Both the position numbers and the translations under genes were made by a program. A stretch of 64,000 bases of DNA, taken from positions 690,692 to 754,691 of the forward strand of contig CAWHTI010000012.1 in the NCBI GenBank assembly GCA_963832225.1, read 5' to 3'. Below are positions 20,537-29,732 of this stretch, piece by piece (within the stretch, counting starts at the first letter, position 1; each line of letters starts with the position of its first letter). The notes beneath the pieces are model-generated. The model saw only the letters and a list, made by a program, of their open reading frames with translations, searched no databases and was not told where the DNA came from. Origin of the DNA: an uncultured Actinomycetes bacterium (GTDB taxonomy: Bacteria; Actinomycetota; UBA4738; HRBIN12).

Positions 20537-20917
20537 TCAGGTCGCGGCAGCCGGCAGGGGAGCGAGGACGCAGAACTCGTTCCCCTCGGGATCGACCATC
20601 ACGACCCAGGTGACGTCGTCGGGCTGTCCGATGTTGACGCGACGCGCACCGAGGTCGATGAGGCGCTTGACCTGCGCATCCCGATCGACGGGGCGGAGAT
20701 CGAGATGCAGCCGGTTCTTCACCGTCTTCGCCTCCGGCACCTTCACGAACAGGATGTCCGGCGCGACATCGACGGGCGGGCTGCCCTCCGGCGGCTCGAT
20801 GACCCACTCCTCGGCGCTCTCATGGGTGATGCGCCATCCCAACGCCTCGGACCAGAAGCGGGCGAGCCGTTCGCAGTCGGCGGCATCGATCACGCTGCAC
20901 TGGATACCGATGTCCAC
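20537..20917 (-). CDS. VOC/glyoxalase-family protein
   Basis: Glyoxalase-like beta-alpha-beta-beta-beta motifs (VIDAADCERLARFWSEALGW, NRLHLDLRPVD, WVVMVDPEGNEFCVL); start uncertain (GTG at 20917 chosen; the ORF extends to ATG at 21124). Confidence 0.5.
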   Translation of the reverse strand: MDIGIQCSVIDAADCERLARFWSEALGWRITHESAEEWVIEPPEGSPPVDVAPDILFVKVPEAKTVKNRLHLDLRPVDRDAQVKRLIDLGARRVNIGQPDDVTWVVMVDPEGNEFCVLAPLPAAAT

Positions 20918-21111
20918 GGGACGAGGATACGCGTCGTCGAGCCACGTCGGGGACCCAGCGCCCTCGGCGTGGTCCCGAACGGATCCGCGGATGGGTCCCG
21001 GGACGATGGTCCCATTGCCGCCCTCGCGCAGGGGTGACAGGTTTGCTGAGAAGTCGGCAGCGCGCGTCTTCACAAGCTCTTGCGACCACCTACTGCCCGA
21101 GGAGGTTCGAC

Positions 21112-21693
21112 ATGGTGACACCACGTTCCCGGCGACGCCTGGTCGTCGTTCTGCTGGCGGGGCTGACCGCCGTCCTGGCGCCCGCGACGTCCGCGTCGGC
21201 CGCGAAGTCGCTCTTCTTCGAGGAGACGGCCGCTGCCTTCTGGGCGGTCCCCCACGAGTGCGCCGACGGCTCGACCGTGGAAGCCACGCTGCTGGTCCAG
21301 ACCACGCGCGACTTCGAGTCGCCCGACACGGAGGACGCCGACCCCACGGCCCGGGTGCAGTACCTCGCCGTCTGCCCCGACGGCACGTCGTTCAGCTGGG
21401 GCGCGATCGTGCCCGCGACCATCACGAGCACGAACAAGCTCAAGAGCGTCAGCGTTTCCGGATCGGGGACCGCCACCGACATCCTCGGTGAGACCCATCA
21501 GGTCTCCTTCGACGTCACATGGACGGCGGTCGGACCGTTGGTGACGACCGTCAACGGGCCGGGGAGCAAGCGGCAGCAGCGGGAGGCCACCGCGACCGGT
21601 CAGGTGACGTTCGACGGTGAGGTCCTCGTCAACGGCCCGGCCAACCACCCGACCCGGCCGGCCCCGTTCATCCGCATCGACACGGAGAAGTAG
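21112..21693 (+). CDS. secreted hypothetical protein
   Basis: GAGGAGG RBS; Sec signal peptide MVTPRSRRRLVVVLLAGLTAVLAPATSASA; 193 aa. Confidence 0.55.
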   Translation: MVTPRSRRRLVVVLLAGLTAVLAPATSASAAKSLFFEETAAAFWAVPHECADGSTVEATLLVQTTRDFESPDTEDADPTARVQYLAVCPDGTSFSWGAIVPATITSTNKLKSVSVSGSGTATDILGETHQVSFDVTWTAVGPLVTTVNGPGSKRQQREATATGQVTFDGEVLVNGPANHPTRPAPFIRIDTEK

Positions 21694-21747
21694 CGGGCCC
21701 GGCCGACCCACGAGTTCGGCTGCGTCGTGATTGACGATGCTCGAGCG

Positions 21748-22099
21748 TCAGGCGCTGACCTTGTCGAGCATCTGCAACAGGTCGTGGGCGGCCTGCTCGA
21801 TCTCCTTGTGACGCCACTCGCTCGCGCGGTACACGCACGCCATCAGGCCGGTCCGGTGCACCCGCCGGAAGTCCCCGTAAACGAAGCCGTAGCGTCCCTT
21901 CGTCTCGTCGGACGCGCGCGTCCGTCAGAGCGAGGAACCACTCCCCGTATTCGGTCCAGGAATGGGACTCGAGGAAGTCGTTCTCGGACGGGGTCGTTGG
22001 CTGCACCTCACCCCAATCGCTGTCGAGCACGTACTGGTGCGCCTCGATCAGGTGCCGGGCCTTGGCCACGGCAGGCTTGTTCAGCGAATACGTCGCCAT
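21748..22099 (-). pseudogene. small conserved hypothetical protein with an internal frameshift near 21910
   Basis: N-terminal 62 aa (MATYSLNKPAVAKARHLIEAHQYVLDSDWGEVQP...EWFLALTDA) in one frame; plausible C-terminal continuation (KGRYGFVYGDFRRVHRTGLMACVYRASEWRHKEIEQAAHDLLQMLDKVSA, stop 21748) only in another frame. Confidence 0.4.
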
Positions 22100-22147
22100 G
22101 TTTCGGAGGTACCCGGCACGGAACGGCCGAAACGCCTGGGTGGCAGT

Positions 22148-23485
22148 TCAACGCGTGACCGCGTAGAGCCGCCACGTTCCGGGCGCGCCCTTGAGCTCGT
22201 GCTCGCCCCGATCGAGGAAGTCGACTTCCGAGCCCGCGAGCAGGTCCCTGACGGTGCTCGAGGTCAGCACCTCGCTCGGTGATGCGCTCGCGGCCACCCG
22301 GGCCGCGATGTGCACGGCGAGCCCTCCGAGATCGGCTCCCCGGACCTCGACCTCTCCCGTGTGGACGCCCGCCCGGATCTGGATCCCCAGCGGGGAGACC
22401 GCGAGCACCATCGCGCATGCGCATCGGACGGCCGACACGGGTCGGTCGAACGCCGCGAAGAATCCATCGCCGGTGGTCGAGACCTCTCGGCCCCCGAACC
22501 GGACGAGCTCGGCTCGCATCACCTCGTGGTGCTGATCCAGGACGTCGCGCCAGCGCCGATCGCCCATGTTCGCAGCGAGCTCGGTCGACTGCGCGATGTC
22601 GGTGAACAACAGCGTGGTGAGGAGGCGGTCCGGGTCCGCGCCGGTGCGCGAACCCGTCAGAAACTCCTCGATCTCGTCGACCATCTCGTCGATGCCCTCG
22701 GAGAACGCGAGATGGTCCGTCCCGGACAGTGCGACGAACCGTGCACCGTCGATGGCGGCCGCTGCCTCGCGCGAACGATCGGCGGGCACGATGAGGTTCC
22801 CTGCACGGGTCAACACCAGCGTCGGCGTCCGGATGGAAGGCATCACGTCGGTGAGATCGGCCTCCATCGTCTGCCGATAGAAGTGGCCGTATGCCCCCGG
22901 CCGCACCGAGAACCGTTGGAGACGCGCGAGGTGTCCGTCGAACTGCTCGTCGCCGACACGACTCGGAGCCAGGAACTCGACGCCGCTGTCGTTCGAGACC
23001 GCGCTGGCCTCGATGACGGCGATCACCTCGTCGATCGACTCCATCGGCATCCCGGCCGCGAGCGAATGGGAGGCCGCGAACGTGAAGAGGACGAGCGCTC
23101 GGCACCGCTTGGGCTCCGCCGCGGCGAGCATGGACGCGACGATCGTGCCGTCGTTGAGCCCGATGACCGCGGGACGGTCGGATCCGGCCGCCTCCAGGAC
23201 GGCAACCGCGTCGTCGACCTGGGTCTGGAAGTCGGGGAGCTGGTCGAGGGGCACCGAATCGGAGAGTCCCGTGCCTCGGCGGTCGAAGTGGATCAGCCTG
23301 CCGAGCGAGCTCAGCCGCCGAAGGAACCTGGCGAAGTCGGGGAAGTCCCACACCGCCTCGACGTGGTGGACCCACGTGTCGATCAGGAGGATGTCGAGGT
23401 CGCCCTCACCGACGACCTGGTATGCGAGATGGACGTCGCCGTTCTTCGCGTACCGAGTTCGCGGATGCTCCGCCATCCGTTGCAT
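22148..23485 (-). CDS. alpha/beta-hydrolase-fold / adenylate cyclase (CHD) fusion protein (LipJ-like architecture)
   Basis: N-terminal alpha/beta-hydrolase region (HFDRRGTGLSD, IGLNDGTIVA); C-terminal CHD (LLFTDIAQSTELA, GDGFFAAFDRP, IRAGVHTGEVEV, GLAVHIAARVAASASPSEVLTS); intact 446 aa. Confidence 0.8.
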   Translation of the reverse strand: MQRMAEHPRTRYAKNGDVHLAYQVVGEGDLDILLIDTWVHHVEAVWDFPDFARFLRRLSSLGRLIHFDRRGTGLSDSVPLDQLPDFQTQVDDAVAVLEAAGSDRPAVIGLNDGTIVASMLAAAEPKRCRALVLFTFAASHSLAAGMPMESIDEVIAVIEASAVSNDSGVEFLAPSRVGDEQFDGHLARLQRFSVRPGAYGHFYRQTMEADLTDVMPSIRTPTLVLTRAGNLIVPADRSREAAAAIDGARFVALSGTDHLAFSEGIDEMVDEIEEFLTGSRTGADPDRLLTTLLFTDIAQSTELAANMGDRRWRDVLDQHHEVMRAELVRFGGREVSTTGDGFFAAFDRPVSAVRCACAMVLAVSPLGIQIRAGVHTGEVEVRGADLGGLAVHIAARVAASASPSEVLTSSTVRDLLAGSEVDFLDRGEHELKGAPGTWRLYAVTR

Positions 23486-23567
23486 CCTAGTGTGGCCGAT
23501 CCGGCTCGAAGTTCGGTCCAGTAGGCTTGCCGTGAGGGCGGCGCATGATGGATCGAGGGCGGTGTGC

Positions 23568-24893
23568 ATGACGCTCCTGGACTCGACCCCCAGGACGTTC
23601 GGTGAGTACGTGGCGACGGGTGGGGGTCGCGGACTCGAGATCGCGCTGCGGGCCGCGCCCGACGCGGTGATCGATGAGATCGCTCGAAGCGGTCTCCGAG
23701 GGCGCGGCGGAGCCGGCTTCCCCACGGGTGAGAAGTGGCGCTCGATCCGAACGACCGGCACCGGTACGAGGTTCGCGGTCTGCAACGGCGCCGAAGGAGA
23801 ACCTGCCACCTACAAGGACCGGACGCTGCTGCGCACGAACCCCTATCAGGTCCTGGAGGGCCTCGCGATCGCCGGCTACGCGGTCGGTGCCGAGCGGTGC
23901 TACGTCGGCATCAAGGAGGCGTTCACCGAGGAGCTCGAAGTGACGCGACGCGCGCTCGAGGAGATGGATGCCGCCGACGCGCTCGGAGGGATCCCGTTCG
24001 AGGTGGTTCCGGGCCCGGACCTGTACCTGTTCGGTGAGGAGACGGGGCTGGAGGAGGTCATCGAGGAACGATTGCCCCTGCCGCGCCTGGCCCGACCGTT
24101 CATGCTCGGATTGTTCGCAACACCGCCGAACGACAATCCGACGCTCATCAACAACGTCGAGACCCTGGCGAACGTGCCGCACATCGTGGCGGACGGCCCC
24201 GATTGGCTTCGCGCGAGTGGCACGGACACCTCCCCCGGCCACATGGTGTTCACCGTCTGCGGCGACGTTCAACGCGAGGGCGTATTCGAGATGGCGCTCG
24301 GGACGACCATTCGCGACCTGCTCGAGGGCCAGGCGGGCGGGCCGGCGGATGGGAGATCGATCAAGGCCGTCTTCCCAGGCGCCTCGAACACGGTGCTCGT
24401 TCCCGAGCAGTTCGATACGCCGTTGGACTTCGACTCGATGCGGCAGGTCGGATCGGGGCTGGGAGCTGGCGGCTTCGCGGTCTTCGATGACACGGCCTGC
24501 CTGGTGCGTGCTGCATACCTGTATTCGCGGTTCCTTTCAGTGGAGTCCTGCGGCCAGTGCCCGGCGTGCAAGTTCGGCACGAGCGAGGTCACGCGAGTGC
24601 TGCGCACGATCGAGAGCGGGCAGGGATCGGACCAGGATCTCGAGTTCATCCTGGCACGGGCGAGAGCCTCGACCGACGGGCAGAAGTGTGCGCTGCCCAC
24701 CGGCGAGAGCCTGCTGATCCAGAGCTTGATTCAGGTGTTTCCAGAAGAGTTCGGCGCCCACCTCAACTCCTCGTGCACATCGTCCCGGGATCTCCCCTTC
24801 CACAAGATCGTCGGGTGGGACGCCGGCGGAGCGCGGTTCATATACGACTCCACGTATGCACGAAAGCAGCCGGACTGGACCTCTTCGGTCTGA
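23568..24893 (+). CDS. NuoF-like NADH-binding FMN / 4Fe-4S flavoprotein (NADH dehydrogenase 51-kDa subunit family), stand-alone
   Basis: FMN/NADH site GLRGRGGAGFPTGEKW, GAEGEPATYKDR; C-terminal 4Fe-4S motif ESCGQCPACKFGT; no other nuo genes nearby. Confidence 0.8.
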   Translation: MTLLDSTPRTFGEYVATGGGRGLEIALRAAPDAVIDEIARSGLRGRGGAGFPTGEKWRSIRTTGTGTRFAVCNGAEGEPATYKDRTLLRTNPYQVLEGLAIAGYAVGAERCYVGIKEAFTEELEVTRRALEEMDAADALGGIPFEVVPGPDLYLFGEETGLEEVIEERLPLPRLARPFMLGLFATPPNDNPTLINNVETLANVPHIVADGPDWLRASGTDTSPGHMVFTVCGDVQREGVFEMALGTTIRDLLEGQAGGPADGRSIKAVFPGASNTVLVPEQFDTPLDFDSMRQVGSGLGAGGFAVFDDTACLVRAAYLYSRFLSVESCGQCPACKFGTSEVTRVLRTIESGQGSDQDLEFILARARASTDGQKCALPTGESLLIQSLIQVFPEEFGAHLNSSCTSSRDLPFHKIVGWDAGGARFIYDSTYARKQPDWTSSV

Positions 24894-24965
24894 CCGATCT
24901 CCGCGTGGTCAGGTCGGGCCCGAGACTCATTGCGCGACCACTGCGCCCCCGCATAGTCTCCGGCG

Positions 24966-27900
24966 ATGAGGACCTGCGCCTCCTGCGGCACCGAGAACCC
25001 TGACGGGGCGAAGTTCTGCAACGAGTGCGCCACGCCTCTCGGAGCGCCCGCCCGCCCGGTCGCAGAGGAACGCAAGGTCATCACCGCGCTGTTCTGTGAC
25101 CTGATCGGGTTCACCGCCACCTCGGAGTCCGCGGATCCCGAGGACATCGACAAGATGCTCTCCGCCTACGCGACGATGGCCCGCAGCACAGATCGAGGCT
25201 CACGGCGGGGTCGTGGAGAAGTTCATCGGCGACGCGGTGGTTGGGGTCTTCGGGGTGCCGGCCGCCCACGAGGACGACCCCGAGCGCGCCGTGCGCGCCG
25301 GTCTTCGGATCGCCGAAGAGGCCGGAGGAGCTTGAAGGCCGTGGGCGGAGCACCGCTCCGTCTGCGCGTCGGGATCAACACCGGCGAGGTCTTGGTGCGT
25401 CTGGGGATCACGCCGGGCTCGGGCGAAGGCTTTCTCGCGGGCGATGCGATCAACACCGCGTCGCGGCTCCAGTCGGTGGCTCCGGAGATGGGAGTCGCGG
25501 TCGGGCTCGCGACCTACGAGGCGACAGCTGTGGTCTTCGACTACTCGGAGCTCGAACCAGCGACCCTCAAGGGCAAGTCCGAGCCGGTCCGTGTCTTCCA
25601 CGCGACGGCCGCACGGTCGCGTCTCGGCACCGATCTCACCCGGACACACGACACCCCGTTCATCGGCCGGGAGATCGACCTCGCGTTGCTCAAGGGGATC
25701 TTCGACAAGGCCGTCGCCGCCGACACGGTCCAGCTCGTCACGGTCGTCGGCGAGCCCGGAATCGGCAAGAGCCGGATCGTCGCCGAGCTCGGCTCGCTAC
25801 ATCGACACCCGATCCGACCTCGTCACCTGGCGTCAGGGACGATGCCTGCCCTACGGGGAGGGCATCACGTTCTGGGCGCTGGGGGAGATCGTGAAGGCCC
25901 ACGCGGGGATCTTGGAGTCCGACCCGCCCGACGCTGCCAGAGCGAAGCTCGACGTGGTCCTTCCGCAGGGCCCGGAGCGTGGGTGGTTCCGGCAGCGCCT
26001 GCTGCCGCTGCTGGGGATCGAGGCCGCTTCGTCGGCCGAGCGGGAGGAGCTGTTCACCGCGTGGCGGCGGTTCCTGGAGCAGATCGCCGAGGACGATCCG
26101 ACCGTGCTCGTGTTCGAGGACCTGCACTGGGCCGACGACGCGATGCTCGCCTTCCTGGAGCACCTGGGCGGTCGCGCCGAGGGTGTGCCGCTGCTCGTGG
26201 TCGGCACCGCCCGCCCCGAGCTGTTCGAGCGCCATCCCGACTTCGCGTGCGGGGCTGCGGAACGCGACGCCCGATCAACCTGTCGCCGCTCTCGTCCGCA
26301 GGAGACCGCCCGTCTGGTGTCGGCCCTGCTCGAGAGCAGCGTGATCCCCGCCGAGTTGCAGCAGCCGATCCTCGACCGCGCCGGCGGGAACCCGCTCTAC
26401 GCCGAGGAGTTCGTCCGGCTGCTGAAGGACCGGGAACTGCTCGTCCGGAAGGGCTCGAGCTGGGAGCTCGGGCAGGGGCCGAGGTGCCCTTCCCCGACTC
26501 GGTGCAGGCGCTGATCGCCGCTCGACTGGACACGCTGGCACCCGACGCGAAGTCGATGCTCGCCGACGCCGCGGTCATGGGCAAGGTGTTCTGGGCGGGC
26601 GCCGTCGCCGCGATGGGCGAGCGTGACCCCGCCGAGGTGACCGAGGCGCTGCGTGAGCTCTCGCGCAAGGAGCTCGTGCGCCCGGCCCGGCGATCGTCGA
26701 TCGAAGGCGAGGCGGAGTACGCGTTCTGGCACGTCCTCACCCGCGACGTCGCGTACGCGCAGCTGCCCCGAGCCTCACGGGCCTCGCGCCACGTCGCCGC
26801 CGCAACGTGGATCGAGTCCAAGGCCGCCGAGCGTGCGGAGGACCTCGCCGACGTGCTCGCCTACCACTACGCCACGGCGCTGGAGCTCGCGCGCGCAGCC
26901 GGGCAGGCCGACCAGGCCGCCGAGCTGGAGGGGCCCGCGCTCCGGTTCCTCACCCTGGCCGGCGACCGCGCCCTCGGCCTCGACACGGCCGCGGCTCTGG
27001 AGCATTCGAGCGGGCGCTCGCCCTCACGCCGCCGGGGCACCCCGAACGCCCGGGCGCGCTCGCTCGCTTCGGCGAGGCCGCTTTCCAGGCCGGCCGCGCG
27101 GTCGAGGCGGCGGAGGCCCTGGAGGAGGCGATCGCGTCCTTCCGGGCGCGAGGCGATCTCGCCGCCGCCGCCAACGCCATGGCCACGCTCGGCAACGCGT
27201 ACTTCGACGGCGGGGATCCGCGGTGGGCGGGGTTGCCCGCGGAGGCGTCGGCGCTCCTGGAGCCGCTGCCGCCCGGCCCCGAGCTCGTCGGGGCGCTCAC
27301 CGAGCTCGCCAGGGTGGAGACCCTCCAGGGGAGGCACGAGGCGGGCGCACGGTACGCCGAGCGGGCGCTCGCGCTCGCCGAGGAGCTCGGGCTCGGGCGG
27401 CCCGCGCGCACCCTCGGCTATCGCGGTCTGGCCCGCGCCGGACTCGGAGATCCCGCGGGCCTCGAGGACATGCGTGAGGCGATCGCGCTCGCGACCCAGG
27501 CCGGAGAGGGCCGCGAGGTGGCCTTGCTCCACAACAACCTCGGGGAGATGCTCTGGATCTTGAAAGGCCCCGAAGCCTCGCTGGAGGTCCTGCGCTCGGG
27601 GACCGCCTTCGCACGGGCTCGGGGGCTCGCCGAGATGAGCGACGCCATCACGACGAGCACGATCGATCCGCTCATCGATCGCGGCGAGCTGGATGAAGCG
27701 CTCGCCGCCGCCGCCTCCGTCGCCGAACGCCTCGAGTCGAGCGACGTCGTGTGGGATCTCGTCGGGGTTCGCGCCGCGCAGGCTCGGATCCAGGCCCTGC
27801 GCGGCCAGGCCGCGAAGGTGGCCGGCTCACTCGATTGGCTCGAGTCGACCGCTCGCGGAGCCGGGGACGCGCAACTCGTCGTCCTCGGCCTGGGGCCGGC

Positions 27901-28390
27901 AGCCCTCGTACGCGCCGGGCTCGGACAAGGCGATGCTGCGGCCGAGCTGCTGACGGAGATCGACGCGACCCTCGGCGCTCGCAAGACCGTGTACTACCCG
28001 GTCATCCTGCCCACGCTGGTGCGCACCGCACTGCGGATCGACCACCCGGATCTCGCCGAGCGTCTCGCGGCTGGTCTCGATCACCCGTTCCCCTACGCCG
28101 AGCACGCGCTCGCCGCGGCGAGCGCGGCGCTCGACGAGGCTCGCGGGGACCTGCCGGCCGCCGCCGTTGCCTACGCCGATGCCGCCGGGAGCTGGGAGCG
28201 GTTCGGGGTCGTCCCCGAGCATGCGTTCGCGCTCCTCGGACAGGGCCGGTGCCTGGTCGGGCTGTCCCGTCCGACCGAGGCCTCCTCGACCCTGCAGCAC
28301 GCTCACGAGATCTTCGAACGGCTCCAGGCGGTCCCCGCGCTCGGCGAGACCGACGAGCTTCTGCAGCAGGCCGCCGTAGCTCGGTCGTAG
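24966..28390 (+). pseudogene. zinc-ribbon - adenylate cyclase (CHD) - STAND ATPase - TPR regulator, about 5 frameshifts (about 25185, 25330, 25800, 26480, 27004)
   Basis: N-terminal Zn-ribbon CASCGTENPDGAKFCNEC; CHD motifs ALFCDLIGFT, FIGDAVVGVFG, VGINTGEVLV, GDAINTASRLQS; Walker A GEPGIGKSRIV, Walker B LVFEDLHWADDA; TPR region to 28390; continuity needs three reading frames. Confidence 0.75.
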
Positions 28391-28469
28391 GCGAGCTCGA
28401 CCAATCTGTCAGCCGAGCCCGCGGACTTCGACCCCCCGGGTCCTGGCTTCATCGATCGGGGAGGAGCGG

Positions 28470-29653
28470 AACCCGAGGCCCCTCCCGGCGCCCGAGGAGG
28501 ACGCCCTCGGGTGACGGCGGACGATCCGAACCGTTCGTGCAGGCGATCGAGGGTCGTGTCCATCGCCGGCGCGAGCGAGCCGTCGAACGGCAGCGCCAAC
28601 TGGACCGCGTCGTCAGCGAACAGGTTGCTGAACGTGATGCCGATCAGCGTGATGCCGCGACGCTGCGATCTCCGGGCAGGGCGTCGGCGAGCAGGGTCCG
28701 GCCGGCCGCCAGCAGCGTCACAGTGTCGGCTGTCGCCTGGGGCAGCGTGTGCGAGCGCGTGGCTCGTGAGAGATCGTCGAACCGGAGGCGCAGCGTCACC
28801 GTTCGGCAGACGCGGTGGGCGTTCCGCAGGCGCCGGGCGAGCCGGTCGACCAGCGCGATCAGGTCGATCTCGCAGCGTCTCGGGTGAACGTCGACGCCGC
28901 GCCGAGCGCTCGCTGGGTGCCCATCGAGCGACGACGGCGACCGACCTCCACCCGGCGCGGATCGCGGTTGTGCGCGAGGGCGTGGAGATGACGTCCGGCC
29001 GCCCGTCCCAGGATCCGCACCAGCGCGGGCTCGCCGAGCGCCCGCCACGTCGTGCGACGGTCGTGATCGAGCGGTCCCGCAGCTTCCGCGCCGTCACCGG
29101 CCCGACGCCCCACAGCCGCTCGACCGGCAATCGCGTGCAGGAACGTGAGCTCGTCGTCGATCGGAACGACGAGCAGGCCGTCGGGCTTGGCGACGCGCGC
29201 TGGCGACCTTCGCCAGGAACTTCGTGCGCGCCACGCCCACCGTGACGCGGATCCCGACCCGCTCGAGCACCGTCTCGCGCGCAGGCCCACTGCGATCTCG
29301 GTCGGCGTGCCGGAGATCCGGCGCAGCCCGCCGACGTCCAGGAACGCCTCGTCGATCGAGAGCCCCTCGACGAGCGGCGTCGTGTCGTGGAAGACCGCGA
29401 ACATCGCCTTGCTCGCCTCGCTGTAGGCCTCCATCCGCGGTCGGACGACGATCGCCTGCGGGCAGAGGCGTCGCGCCTGCGTCTCGCCCATCGGCGTCCG
29501 CACGCCGCACGCCTTGGCCTCGTAGCTGGCCGCCAGCACGACCCCGCCCCCGACGATCACCGGGCGGCCGCGCAACGCCGGGTCGTCGCGCTGCTCGACC
29601 GACGCGTAGAAGGAGTCGGCGTCCGCGTGCAGGATCGTGCCCTCGCTCGCCAC
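28470..29653 (-). pseudogene. dinB: DNA polymerase IV (DinB), heavily frameshifted (at least 5 frame changes)
   Basis: Y-family motifs ILHADADSFYASVEQ, PVIVGGGVVLAASYEAKACGVR, SIDEAFLDV, VGVARTKFLAKVAS, PVERLWGVGPVTARKL, TVTLRLRFDDLSRATRSHTL, ITLIGITFSNL scattered across three frames of the minus strand. Confidence 0.7.
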
Positions 29654-29732
29654 CGGTCGATGCTCGCACCGGCCACCGACACGCTCGGCGTCTCGAGTGG
29701 AGGATGGGGTGGCGCGACGGTGACCGCCTAGC

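Noticed and set aside
23013-23567. N-terminal 185 codons of the ORF-track entry 23013..24893
   Set aside because: This stretch overlaps the 5' end of the minus-strand alpha/beta-hydrolase-cyclase gene and is low complexity. The NuoF-like protein begins at ATG 23568, where homology starts.
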